From positions 32,001 to 96,000 of the forward strand of contig CAVZIW010000003.1 in the NCBI GenBank assembly GCA_963775465.1: a DNA stretch of 64,000 nucleotides. The letters are read 5' to 3'. Positions 49,582-58,829 of this stretch are shown piece by piece; positions within the stretch are counted from its first letter, which is position 1; the number at the start of each line of letters is the position of its first letter. The position numbers and the translations under genes were made by a program. Origin of the DNA: Candidatus Bathyarchaeota archaeon. GTDB taxonomy: Archaea > Thermoproteota > Bathyarchaeia > Bathyarchaeales > Bathycorpusculaceae. The notes below the pieces were generated by a model. It saw nothing but the letters and a program-made list of their open reading frames with translations. It ran no database searches and was not told the origin of the DNA.

Positions 49582-50846
49582 TATTGCGCCACCTCTGCTC
49601 TTCTTTTGCAAATTAACATTACTGCCGCGGCAACGGGTAACGTAACTGTTTGGTTCTTATATGGACCCATTGTTTTTCCATCCAACCTAAACTCTGGTGC
49701 ATCAGAGATCAACACTTTGATCTCGCCCTTTTTAAAAGCTACCGCTTCAGTGAAAGGGTCGAAATCCTGCAGTTTCTTGGCTGGAAACTCGAGTTTCTTT
49801 AGTCCAGTTTTGCCGTGCAGGGTTCCGTTCATGCGAATTAAGCGGTGAATATCGGTGGTAACTACGGTGTCGATTTTTGAACTTTGTTTTTCCTTAATGC
49901 ATTCTGCAAGTTTTAGCCATGTTGCCACACTGACACCGTTGATGCTTTCCCATTTTCCCTCCTGTATAGCTCGTTTAATGATTGTGTCCTTATTTTCTAG
50001 AAGGGCTTTATTATTTATTCCAACAGCTTTCAGGTCGTGCATGTTTGCATTTAATAGAAGATCCTGCATCCCTATCTTTATTCGCCTGTTCCAGCCAAAA
50101 TTGTGGAGATTAAACTTTTTTGCTCCGCTACGGCGTTTGCGCTTTTTTTTGTTCTCTTTGTCTAAGATTGCTAACCCTAGTCCAGTTACGTAATCAACGA
50201 TTTCTTTACGTGCCATTGCATCCAGCGATCGTACTGTTTCGTTTTCAATATGTACGTGGTAGCCACGATGCCCAGAAAAAAACACGCGCAATTCATTTTG
50301 AGAAAAGCCAAAGTCGTTTTCCAGTATGTCCAGAAGTTTTTCAGCTTCTTCACGAGCGGATTGTATGCATAGGTCACATGCCCAAATTTTGTTATCAAAT
50401 TTTGATGCTTCGCAACATGGACAAGTTTCGGGTGTGATTCCGCGCCCACTAAAGCCGCATTTGACACATCTGAATTCATCGTGAATTTTGTTGCATGAGG
50501 TAGGAATGTGGTCAGCGTCTATGTCAAAGACAAGGTCTGAGCCGAGCCAACCTTTTTTGTCCATGTCGTAGTCTGGATTCTTATAATAGGCACATGAATG
50601 GTAAACATCTGATGGTACGGTCTCTGCAAGCACAGCCCTAAGGTCGGTTATAGTGTTGAAACGTCTATGTCTAACCATGAAGCGCTCTTTGAACATTAGG
50701 TAGCCGAATTCCCGTTGCTCAGTGTTTGGCGGTGATGGAACCTTTGCGGCGGGATCTTTATAATATTCAGAAAATTTTTGGTAAACCCATTCCCTAGAAG
50801 TTTCCATGATCCCTTGCCCCGTTTTGATGTGATAGTATTGTTCCAC
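49581..50846 (-). CDS. priS: DNA primase small (catalytic) subunit
   Basis: REFG, DVYHSCAYY, DLVFDIDAD, FSGHRGYHVH, IDTVVTTDIHRLIR..TLHGKTG; start may be ATG 50807. Confidence 0.96.
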   Translation of the reverse strand: MEQYYHIKTGQGIMETSREWVYQKFSEYYKDPAAKVPSPPNTEQREFGYLMFKERFMVRHRRFNTITDLRAVLAETVPSDVYHSCAYYKNPDYDMDKKGWLGSDLVFDIDADHIPTSCNKIHDEFRCVKCGFSGRGITPETCPCCEASKFDNKIWACDLCIQSAREEAEKLLDILENDFGFSQNELRVFFSGHRGYHVHIENETVRSLDAMARKEIVDYVTGLGLAILDKENKKKRKRRSGAKKFNLHNFGWNRRIKIGMQDLLLNANMHDLKAVGINNKALLENKDTIIKRAIQEGKWESINGVSVATWLKLAECIKEKQSSKIDTVVTTDIHRLIRMNGTLHGKTGLKKLEFPAKKLQDFDPFTEAVAFKKGEIKVLISDAPEFRLDGKTMGPYKNQTVTLPVAAAVMLICKRRAEVAQ

Positions 50847-50883
50847 CTCAAATTTAACTATATATAGACAAAAAAACTAATTG

Positions 50884-52554
50884 TTAGATTCTAAGTAAAA
50901 CCCTAAAAGTATCCCAAATCTTCAGAGGGTCAAAGGCGGCGCTGCCAAATGAAAGTGTTGCCACCATGAAGATTAACCAAATAATTGTTGCTTCAGTTTC
51001 TTTTCGGCGTTGAGGAATCAAAATATATACGAAAATGAACGGGAAATACCAATTTTGAAAGTATGGTAATGTGAAACTGGGTAGCAAGAGAAGAAGCGCT
51101 GAAAGCGAAAGTATGTTGTTCTTGTTTAGCATGTAAAAAGTATAGACTATTGTTGCGCTCAGGGTGAGAATGACTGAGAATGCTTGCAGGTTCCATGAGA
51201 TTTGAGCGTGAGGCGAGAAGGCGTTGATGCCGTTCATTATGAATTCTGGTTTAGTTTGGGTAAGGTACGGCAAGCTTGAATAGGCAGTTGCTCCACTGAT
51301 GGCTATCAACAAAGCGCTAAAGGCAAGTCCCCTGTTTCCCTGCAAACTTTTGAATCGATTTTTCCCCAAAATTTTTAACATGCCAAAAATGATCAGGGGT
51401 AAGAAGAAGATGCCTGCTGAATATTTGAAAAAGATTGAAACCGATGTAAGTAAAAAGAACTTGTCGTAACGTTCAATTACGAACATTATTATTGCAAAAA
51501 GTGAAAAAAGGAACGCGACTGAATCAAACATGCCGTTTGCTGCGTAAACTACCAAAACATCGTAAATTATATAGACGCCGATTAACTTCAAGAACAAATT
51601 CATATCTTTCTTCAAGAAAACTTTCAAGAATAAGTAGAGGCAAACGTGGGCAACAACAAGAAAGAGTCCAATTTCCAGTTTGTAAATCAATGTGGCGTCG
51701 AAACCGTTTTTCAACAAAGTGCCGAAAGGCAAAAACAAAAAGATGCTTCCTAAAGGATATAGGTGTGGCATTTCTGGCCAAGTTACAAACATAAAGTGCG
51801 AATTGTCAAGGCTTGAAAGAGTTCCTAAGGGTTGACTGAAAACTGAAAAGCCGTTTTTAATGAATAAGTTTGAAACATATGTGTGTCTTGCATGGTCGGT
51901 GTACCAGTTCTCAAGGGTTGCCAGCGGATTTGAGTTTATTGCCAAGAGTAAAAGCCATAAAGCCAGCGAGGCTAACACAAATGCTAAGAGCCGTCGGTTA
52001 AATTGGTTTAATTGTATTGAAAAATGATCTTTTTTAATTGGGTTGGTTTGTTTGAAAAGTTCAACTTTAAGGAATGCGAGTACTGCCAAGGTTAGGCCCA
52101 TTAAGAACGATATTTTCGCTGGTGTAGTTAGCCACGAATAAGGCGAGTTAAGTAGTGTTTTTTGGACTGAGACTTTAAAGTTAACCCAGCTTGCGTTTGG
52201 TGAGTTTGAGTAGAAGGTAGCCTCATAATAGACTGTGTTTGCAGTAAAAGTATGTAAAATGTTCTGTTTTGAAGAGTTGACGTATATGGGGCCGTTATAG
52301 GTTATTATTGAAACTTTTTTCATAAATGTGGTTGGGCATTGTACAGTAAGAGTTATGTTTTCTCCTCCGTGGAAAGCGCCCAGGCCTTGTCTGTAAATCT
52401 CGTTCTGACGTAGTCTAAAAGAATTGTCAATTATGCTTTTTGACTGAATGCCGTCGGTTGAGTTGGAATATAAACTTGTAAGCGACAGGCTGATGCTTAG
52501 CACTAGCAGAATTATGGCTGATAGTAAGAGAATTTTGTATGAGCCAAACTTCAT
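50884..52554 (-). CDS. Multi-TM membrane protein, putative GT-C fold glycosyltransferase
   Basis: N-terminal anchor plus soluble domain, then YTDHARH, YPLG...F.P, NGMFD, FFKY, WYF motifs typical of lipid-sugar-dependent transferases. Confidence 0.6.
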   Translation of the reverse strand: MKFGSYKILLLSAIILLVLSISLSLTSLYSNSTDGIQSKSIIDNSFRLRQNEIYRQGLGAFHGGENITLTVQCPTTFMKKVSIITYNGPIYVNSSKQNILHTFTANTVYYEATFYSNSPNASWVNFKVSVQKTLLNSPYSWLTTPAKISFLMGLTLAVLAFLKVELFKQTNPIKKDHFSIQLNQFNRRLLAFVLASLALWLLLLAINSNPLATLENWYTDHARHTYVSNLFIKNGFSVFSQPLGTLSSLDNSHFMFVTWPEMPHLYPLGSIFLFLPFGTLLKNGFDATLIYKLEIGLFLVVAHVCLYLFLKVFLKKDMNLFLKLIGVYIIYDVLVVYAANGMFDSVAFLFSLFAIIMFVIERYDKFFLLTSVSIFFKYSAGIFFLPLIIFGMLKILGKNRFKSLQGNRGLAFSALLIAISGATAYSSLPYLTQTKPEFIMNGINAFSPHAQISWNLQAFSVILTLSATIVYTFYMLNKNNILSLSALLLLLPSFTLPYFQNWYFPFIFVYILIPQRRKETEATIIWLIFMVATLSFGSAAFDPLKIWDTFRVLLRI

Positions 52555-52634
52555 TTTTTTGATTTCTCGTTGCGAAAAATAGCACTTAGGACCTATTTAA
52601 TTCTGCTACAGCAGTCAAATACAACTTGGTATCT

Positions 52635-53387
52635 CTAATTCATGACTGCTTTTAAAGTGTAGGATAAATAACTTTTAACTTCAGTCCATGTTAGCTTGGA
52701 TTTACCTCTTTTTCTGTTCACAAAAACTATAGGCGTTTCCTTTACAACGAACTTTCTTAGATATGCTTGCCTAATTGTCTCTATCTGAATTTCGTAGGTG
52801 TGGCTATGCAAGGTGTCTACCGCTTCACGTAGAAATTCTGTGGAATAACACCGGTAACCGCTGGTGCAATCGTGCATCTTTAGACCCAACGAAGCTCTTG
52901 CTATGAAGTTGGCTGTTTTACTGATTACTTTTCTTGTGGTTGGCCAACCTAAAATTTGCCCGCCTTTGCAGTACCTGCTTCCAATGACAATAGCGCATTT
53001 ATCTTTACTTATGGTGGATAAAAGGTTTGGCAGTTCTTGTGGATTGTGTGAAAAATCAGCATCCATTGTGACGACATATTTTGGTTGGTGCTGACCTGAA
53101 AGGAAGATTTTAAAGCCATCCGTAATTGCCGTTCCCAATCCTGATTTAGAGGACCTAATAAGTAACTCTACATTTTTGTATTCTTTTTGTTTTTGGCGGA
53201 CGATTTCTGCTGTTCCATCGGGGCTCGAATCATCGATAACAAGGATGGTTGCATCAATATTTAGGTCTTCGAGGGCGTTGATTAGTTTAGAAATGTTTTG
53301 GGCTTCTCCATATGTCGGTAGGATTATTCCAATTTGAGAGTTGTTAAATTCGTTGTTGTTCTCTGGTCGGTAACCCATGAAAACCAT
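52635..53387 (-). CDS. Polyprenol-phosphate mannose synthase (Dpm1-like GT2)
   Basis: ILPTY.EAQNI, IDDSSPDGT, GLGTA, MDADFSHNP, GSRY, DCTSGYR, F.NR.RG.SKL. Confidence 0.93.
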   Translation of the reverse strand: MVFMGYRPENNNEFNNSQIGIILPTYGEAQNISKLINALEDLNIDATILVIDDSSPDGTAEIVRQKQKEYKNVELLIRSSKSGLGTAITDGFKIFLSGQHQPKYVVTMDADFSHNPQELPNLLSTISKDKCAIVIGSRYCKGGQILGWPTTRKVISKTANFIARASLGLKMHDCTSGYRCYSTEFLREAVDTLHSHTYEIQIETIRQAYLRKFVVKETPIVFVNRKRGKSKLTWTEVKSYLSYTLKAVMN

Positions 53388-53428
53388 TTCTATATTCTGT
53401 AAAGTGACCTAATAAAGGTTGACAACGG

Positions 53429-54451
53429 TTAACTTGGCTTTAGTGCAGCTTGTTTTCTTGTGTAGTATTTAAGCGGATGGTAAATACGGCTGCATAGGTC
53501 ATCTTTGTTCTTGCATACCCCGTGAGTTTGGAGCACGGAACATTGTGGACACGTATATTTAGTTCCTGAACCTCGTTCTCCTGCAATGTGCTCAATTTGA
53601 TATCGGGTTAAGCGCTCATTGTAGTCTGAGAAGGTCTTGAAGAGTTCGTTTAATCCTTCAGGCGTCATTCCTATGTTTACTAAGAAAGAAGTTAGTGTGA
53701 ATCGGCCAATGTGTGAGAGATGATGTGCTTGGGATGCATCACTGTATAACGCGTTAATACATGGGGGAAAAGCTGACTGTACCACAACTTTTGGCATATC
53801 ATCCATTTCTTCACCTATCTGGTCTTGAGCTAACTTCAGTAGATCATCCACGATGAGGCTGATTTCTTCAGGTAGATTTCTGATTTCCGCAACATCCAAC
53901 CTCTTTTCCACGCGGTTTTTTACTTCTTCTTGAAGCAAACGAACTGCTTTGGCGCTATTCAAAAAAACGTTTCCTTTATCCATAATCTGGTTGACCAGTT
54001 TCCATTCCGATCCATGTATATGTGCGGCATTTTTCAAATAGAAATTGAACCCCAAACGAAAATCCTTGTACGGCATCCCATCACTAATATCCCAGTCAAA
54101 ATCTCTTGCGATGGCGACAATTTTTTCTTTTTTTTCTTGGAGCATCTGAACCTGAGCAGTTTTTGCCACAGCGACCGCATACCTTTTTTTTATCCAAGAA
54201 TTTTTGGTAGCTATAACTAGAATAAGTGATGCTGCGAAAGATGAAATTTCTGTGGTTTTATCCTTTACCATTTCTCCCGTATTTAATTCCAAAATCGCTT
54301 TTTCTACGCGGTTTTTGCCTCGGTCAAAAATTGGTTCTTCTGAAGATAAACCTGCAATCGTAAATTCTAGTTCTGCTATTTGTTTTGAGGCTTGTTTTAA
54401 AAAAGGATATTTGGCAAAATCTTCCGAAGATAATGCCGATTCAAACTGCAA
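53429..54451 (-). CDS. priL: DNA primase large subunit
   Basis: AKYPFL, WKLVN...G.V, FPPCI, LSHIGRF, YQIEHIAG, YTCPQC...C...C (Fe-S). Confidence 0.95.
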   Translation of the reverse strand: MQFESALSSEDFAKYPFLKQASKQIAELEFTIAGLSSEEPIFDRGKNRVEKAILELNTGEMVKDKTTEISSFAASLILVIATKNSWIKKRYAVAVAKTAQVQMLQEKKEKIVAIARDFDWDISDGMPYKDFRLGFNFYLKNAAHIHGSEWKLVNQIMDKGNVFLNSAKAVRLLQEEVKNRVEKRLDVAEIRNLPEEISLIVDDLLKLAQDQIGEEMDDMPKVVVQSAFPPCINALYSDASQAHHLSHIGRFTLTSFLVNIGMTPEGLNELFKTFSDYNERLTRYQIEHIAGERGSGTKYTCPQCSVLQTHGVCKNKDDLCSRIYHPLKYYTRKQAALKPS

Positions 54452-54461
54452 TTTGACTTCC

Positions 54462-55217
54462 TTACTCTGTTTCGATTCTTGGAGCCAAGAAGAAGACTAA
54501 CTTTCCTTCTTTGGTTTGTTGGAAGTCGATTCTGATTGGCATGTCACTTGAGAACTCTAGGGTTGCGATATCAGAAGTTGCGGAAGCTGCTTTAATGATT
54601 TCAGAGAGGTAGCTTAGACTAAAAGTTGCTTTAGCGTTCTCTTTAACTTCTAAGTCGAGGAGAGCATCGCTGCCTTTCTGTAGCGTGATTGTTGCACCCA
54701 TCAAATCACCTGAAGCAGACAAGATCATTTTTTCTGGTTCTGCTTCTATGCGCACATGATCGCTGACTAATTGTGCATCTTCTATTGCTTGGCTTAAGCC
54801 TTGTGTTGTGGTTTTAGCTTTGACGTTGAAACTTATTTTTGGTGTAGGCACTTCTTCTTCTGAGGCTTCAAGTGTTGGCATAGTGAAGTTTCGATTGTAT
54901 TTGCCTGATATTACTACTAATAAACGTCCGGTTTTGTCGTCTATGGATAGTTCAACGGATTCGTCTTTGCTTGCACGTTTGAGTAGTTTTAAAAGTTCGC
55001 TTATGTTAAGGCAAACTTTGGTCGGCTCATTGCAGACATATTCTTGAAATATTGTTTTTGGCCATTCGAAATCAATCATAGCAACACGCGACGGATCCAT
55101 GGCGCGGAGTTTTAAGCCTTCAGGGTCGATTTTGAATGTTGCTTCGTCGACAAGAATTGAAATGGCGTTAGCCATATCTCTTAATAGTTTAGCGTCAGAC
55201 ACTTTAAGCTTGAACAT
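54462..55217 (-). CDS. pcn: PCNA sliding clamp
   Basis: LVDEATF, RAMDPSRVAMID, FSLSYL, FFLAPRIE. Confidence 0.98.
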   Translation of the reverse strand: MFKLKVSDAKLLRDMANAISILVDEATFKIDPEGLKLRAMDPSRVAMIDFEWPKTIFQEYVCNEPTKVCLNISELLKLLKRASKDESVELSIDDKTGRLLVVISGKYNRNFTMPTLEASEEEVPTPKISFNVKAKTTTQGLSQAIEDAQLVSDHVRIEAEPEKMILSASGDLMGATITLQKGSDALLDLEVKENAKATFSLSYLSEIIKAASATSDIATLEFSSDMPIRIDFQQTKEGKLVFFLAPRIETE

Positions 55218-55494
55218 ATCCTTCTATTCCTCGCAATATCCATTCAGGTAGTATGCTAAACATTACACTCTGAGTTAATAAATTTAGTCGCTGGTTTTTG
55301 TCTGGTTGTAACGTTTTTGTGAAGGGTTATTTTCTAGCAATATTTAGTGGTTAGAGGCCTTTAATTTCTGATAGCACTTCTTTTTGTTTTTACTGCATGA
55401 GCTGCCGTAGCGATTCCTCGTGCAAGTTGTTGATTTTTGTTGTATATGTGAAAAGGTATAAGAGACTGTATGTTTCTTTTATGCAAAGCTGGTA

Positions 55495-55779
55495 GTGAAC
55501 AACGTGAACGTTCCCAAAGAAATCAATACGTACTGTCCCAAATGTAAAGCTCACAGCATTCACACTGTATCCCTCTATAAGGCTGGTAAACGCCGAGCGC
55601 TCGCTAGAGGCGAAAGACACCACGAACGCGAAAAGGAAGGGTACGGCGGACAAAAATACCCCTTACAGCATGAATTTGCCAAAACAACCAAGAAGCAAAC
55701 TCTGCGCTTAAAATGCAAAGTTTGTAGTTATATGTACCACAAAGATGGTATCCGTCTAAGAAAATTAACAATCCAATAA
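55495..55779 (+). CDS. rpl44e: 50S ribosomal protein L44e
   Basis: TYCPKCKAH, GYGGQKYP, KTTKK..LRLKCKVC. Confidence 0.96.
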   Translation: MNNVNVPKEINTYCPKCKAHSIHTVSLYKAGKRRALARGERHHEREKEGYGGQKYPLQHEFAKTTKKQTLRLKCKVCSYMYHKDGIRLRKLTIQ

Positions 55780-55801
55780 ATTATAGGGAGATTAAGAAAA
55801 A

Positions 55802-55999
55802 ATGTCTGAATGGAATAAGCTTATCCCCAAGCCACGAAGCGTCTTTCTCCGCGTAAAATGCCCAAAATGCAACAACGAACAACTAATCTTCAGTAATACA
55901 ACCAACATCATAACATGTAACGTCTGCGGTGAAAACTTGGCGCAACCAACTGGTGGAAGAGCAATAATCAACGGCGATGTCCAAGCGGTACTCGAGTAA
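55802..55999 (+). CDS. rps27e: 30S ribosomal protein S27e
   Basis: PRSVFLRVKCPKC..CNVCG..LAQPTGGRA. Confidence 0.96.
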   Translation: MSEWNKLIPKPRSVFLRVKCPKCNNEQLIFSNTTNIITCNVCGENLAQPTGGRAIINGDVQAVLE

Positions 56000-56014
56000 G
56001 CGGAGACCCGTTAG

Positions 56015-56800
56015 ATGGCTGAGCGTAAGCCTAACTGGCCTGAAGTCGGCGACTTAGTTATCGCCACTATCGAAACAGTTACTGATTACGGTGCTTATGC
56101 TAGGCTTGATGAATATGAAAAACGTGGGCTTTTACACGTTTCTGAGATTTCCTCTTCGTGGATTCGGAACATTCGTGATTTTGTGCGTGACGGGCAAAAA
56201 CTTGTTCTCAAAGTCCTTCGAGTTGACATGGAAAAAGGTCATATTGACCTTTCGCTGAGACGTGTAGCCAAGCGGGAACGTATCGAGAAAGTTCTTTCAT
56301 GGAAAAAAGATCGTAAAGCCGACGCGCTTCTTCGTGGAGTTGGAGAAAAACTTGGCTTAACAAGTGACGAAGTTTATCAGAAAGCAGGTGCAGTCGTGGA
56401 GCAGAAGCTTGATTTATATGAGGGTTTTGAGAAGGCAGCTTTCGAAGGACCTGAAGTCTTGATTGAGATTGGCGTACCAGAGATTTTTGCAAAAGCTTTT
56501 TCGGAAGTTGCACAGGAACGCATTCACGTAAAAATGGTTAAAGTTAAGGGTATTTTGGAAATGCGTGTGGTGAAGCCCAACGGTGTCAAGGTAATCAAAG
56601 AAGCTTTTCATAAAGCTAAAGCCGAAAAAATTAAAGATGTCAAAATTACTTTCTATGTTATTGCTGCACCAAAATATAACATTGAAGTTCAAGCCGAGAA
56701 CTACAAGCGTGCTGAAGAAGTTATGCAGAAAACCGCCGAGACTGTTATCGCAAGCGTCGCCAAAGCTGGTGGACAGGGTAGTTTTAGAAGGGAAAAGTAG
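56015..56800 (+). CDS. eif2a: Translation initiation factor 2 alpha subunit
   Basis: PEVGDLVIAT, LLHVSEISSSWIRNIRD, KGHIDLSLRRV, APKY. Confidence 0.96.
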   Translation: MAERKPNWPEVGDLVIATIETVTDYGAYARLDEYEKRGLLHVSEISSSWIRNIRDFVRDGQKLVLKVLRVDMEKGHIDLSLRRVAKRERIEKVLSWKKDRKADALLRGVGEKLGLTSDEVYQKAGAVVEQKLDLYEGFEKAAFEGPEVLIEIGVPEIFAKAFSEVAQERIHVKMVKVKGILEMRVVKPNGVKVIKEAFHKAKAEKIKDVKITFYVIAAPKYNIEVQAENYKRAEEVMQKTAETVIASVAKAGGQGSFRREK

Positions 56801-56967
56801 TGGTTTGGCAATTACGCAAGTGCGTGAACTGTGGTGCATACACTTTACATAAAGATACTTGTCCGATTTGCGGTGGACCAGTTAAAATTCCACATCCCGC
56901 AAAGTTTTCTCCAGATGACAAGTACCTGAAATATCGTATGGCACTGAAAAGGAGTCAAGAACAATGA
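56800..56967 (+). CDS. nop10: H/ACA RNP protein Nop10
   Basis: My translation MVWQLRKCVNCGAYTLHKDTCPICGGPVKIPHPAKFSPDDKYLKYRMALKRSQEQ*; canonical position after eif2a. Confidence 0.94.
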   Translation: MVWQLRKCVNCGAYTLHKDTCPICGGPVKIPHPAKFSPDDKYLKYRMALKRSQEQ

Positions 56968-57734
56968 AGGAAACATACATTAAAGAATTTGAAGAAATCC
57001 AGCCCAATAATCCCGTTTTAATTGAAGGGCTGCCGGGACTTGGGTTAGTGGGCAAAATTGCATTACGCTATTTAATCAAGCAACTTAAAGCTAAAAAGAT
57101 CGCTTATCTTTACTCGCCTCATTTTCCCTATTTTGTGCTCGTTAACAAGAAAGGTAATGTGCGTTTGCTCAGAGGAGTGTTTTACTATTATCAGAACCCC
57201 AAAGGCAACGATATACTTCTCTTCACTGGCGATAGCCAAAGTCAAACCATCGAAGGACAATATGAAATCGCCGACCGCATGCTTGACTTCTCAGAAAAAC
57301 ATGGGGTCAAAAGCATCGCGACCATTGGTGGCTACCGTATGGAACCAGAAGATAAACCCAAGGTGTTCATTGCTGCAACCAATCCTGAACTGCTAAACAA
57401 GGCTCTACAATCAGGTGCGATTCTGAGTTCAACTGGAAGCCCCATTGTGGGAACCGCAGGCTTAATTCTTGGCTTGTCTAAATTCAAAAAGATGGAAGCG
57501 TTATGTTTACTTGGAGAAACTCGTGGTTACCTTCCAGACCCGCTTGCTGCCAAGAGCGTGCTTGAGGTTTTGAAATCGACTTTCAACTTTGAATTAGACT
57601 TATCTGGCTTAAACGAAGAAATTTCCAAAGCCGAAACAATGGCTACAAAACTTCAGCAAATAGAAGAAAAACGTGCCATTCAAGCTGAGGAAACAAAGAA
57701 GGAAGAAGATAAGAAAACCACGTATATCTCTTAA
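56964..57734 (+). CDS. PAC2 family proteasome assembly chaperone
   Basis: LIEGLPGLGLVGKIA, GDSQ, TIGG, IVGTAGL, LLGET.GY.PDP.AAK. Confidence 0.92.
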   Translation: MKETYIKEFEEIQPNNPVLIEGLPGLGLVGKIALRYLIKQLKAKKIAYLYSPHFPYFVLVNKKGNVRLLRGVFYYYQNPKGNDILLFTGDSQSQTIEGQYEIADRMLDFSEKHGVKSIATIGGYRMEPEDKPKVFIAATNPELLNKALQSGAILSSTGSPIVGTAGLILGLSKFKKMEALCLLGETRGYLPDPLAAKSVLEVLKSTFNFELDLSGLNEEISKAETMATKLQQIEEKRAIQAEETKKEEDKKTTYIS

Positions 57735-58819
57735 GAAAAGTTTTTCTTTATTATTTCCACAGTTTTTTGAGCTGCTGTTCCGTCTCCGAAAGGAGATACA
57801 GACGGTAAAACTTCCTCTTTATTAATTGCTTCTTTTAATGCGCTTAAGATAGTGCTATTGTTGGTTCCAACAATTTTAGCAAAACCAGATTCAACTGCTT
57901 CCTGACGTTCAGTCGACAAGCGGATAACAAGTACTCTTTTCCTGATGGCAGGTGCGGTTGCTTCCTCTTGAATGCCGCCTGAATCCGTAAGAATCAAACA
58001 ACAATTTCTCATCAATAATAAAAAGTCTAAATAACCTAACGGTGGCAAAATCAACACATTTTTGAGTGCTTCCATCTTTGAGAGCATGTTGTTTTCTTGT
58101 AAGCGCTTTTTGGTTCTCGGATGCATCGGGTAAACTACAGGAAGTGGAGATTTTGAGAAAACCTCAACAAAGGATTCTAGAACTTCTGTGTTGTCCACGT
58201 TTTCTGCTCGATGAGCTGTTGCCAAAACAAATTGTTTGAAGGGCACATTCTTCATTATTGTTGATTTTTTTTCCGCAATAGGTAAGTGTTCAACAACTGC
58301 GTCGATAGCAGTGTTACCTGTAATGAAGATTTTTCCCCAAACGTTTTCTTTGATGAGGTTAGCTTCTGCACGTTTCGTTGGAGCAAATAGGTATTCGGAT
58401 AGGTGATCAGTCAATCGTCGGTTGTGCTCTTCGGGCATTCGCAAATCAAAACTTCGAAGTCCAGCTTCCACGTGTCCAATTGGTATGACTCGCTTGTTAG
58501 CAGCTAAAGCTGTTGACAGGACTGTGTTGGTGTCGCCTTCAACCAAGACAACAGAGGGATCAACCTTTCCGATAAGTTGATCCATCTTCATCATGATTTC
58601 CGCAGTTTGTTCTCCAGGCGAAGAATTTTCAATCTTCACAGAGTAGTCTGGTGTCGGTAGTTCAAGGTTTTCAATAAATTGTTGAGCCATGTTGTAGTCA
58701 TAGTGTTGTTCGCAATGTACAAATGATAAGGGAAGGCGGGCTTTTTTTAGGGCTCGAATTATGGGTGCCATCTTTATTATTTCAGGGCGGGTTCCCGCAA
58801 CCACAACGATTGGTTTCAA
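57731..58819 (-). CDS. wecB: UDP-N-acetylglucosamine 2-epimerase (non-hydrolysing)
   Basis: GTRPEIIKMAP, QHYD, VEGDTNT, HVEAGLRS, HRAENVD, TDSGGIQEEA. Confidence 0.95.
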   Translation of the reverse strand: MKPIVVVAGTRPEIIKMAPIIRALKKARLPLSFVHCEQHYDYNMAQQFIENLELPTPDYSVKIENSSPGEQTAEIMMKMDQLIGKVDPSVVLVEGDTNTVLSTALAANKRVIPIGHVEAGLRSFDLRMPEEHNRRLTDHLSEYLFAPTKRAEANLIKENVWGKIFITGNTAIDAVVEHLPIAEKKSTIMKNVPFKQFVLATAHRAENVDNTEVLESFVEVFSKSPLPVVYPMHPRTKKRLQENNMLSKMEALKNVLILPPLGYLDFLLLMRNCCLILTDSGGIQEEATAPAIRKRVLVIRLSTERQEAVESGFAKIVGTNNSTILSALKEAINKEEVLPSVSPFGDGTAAQKTVEIIKKNFS

Positions 58820-58829
58820 AGCATTTCCT

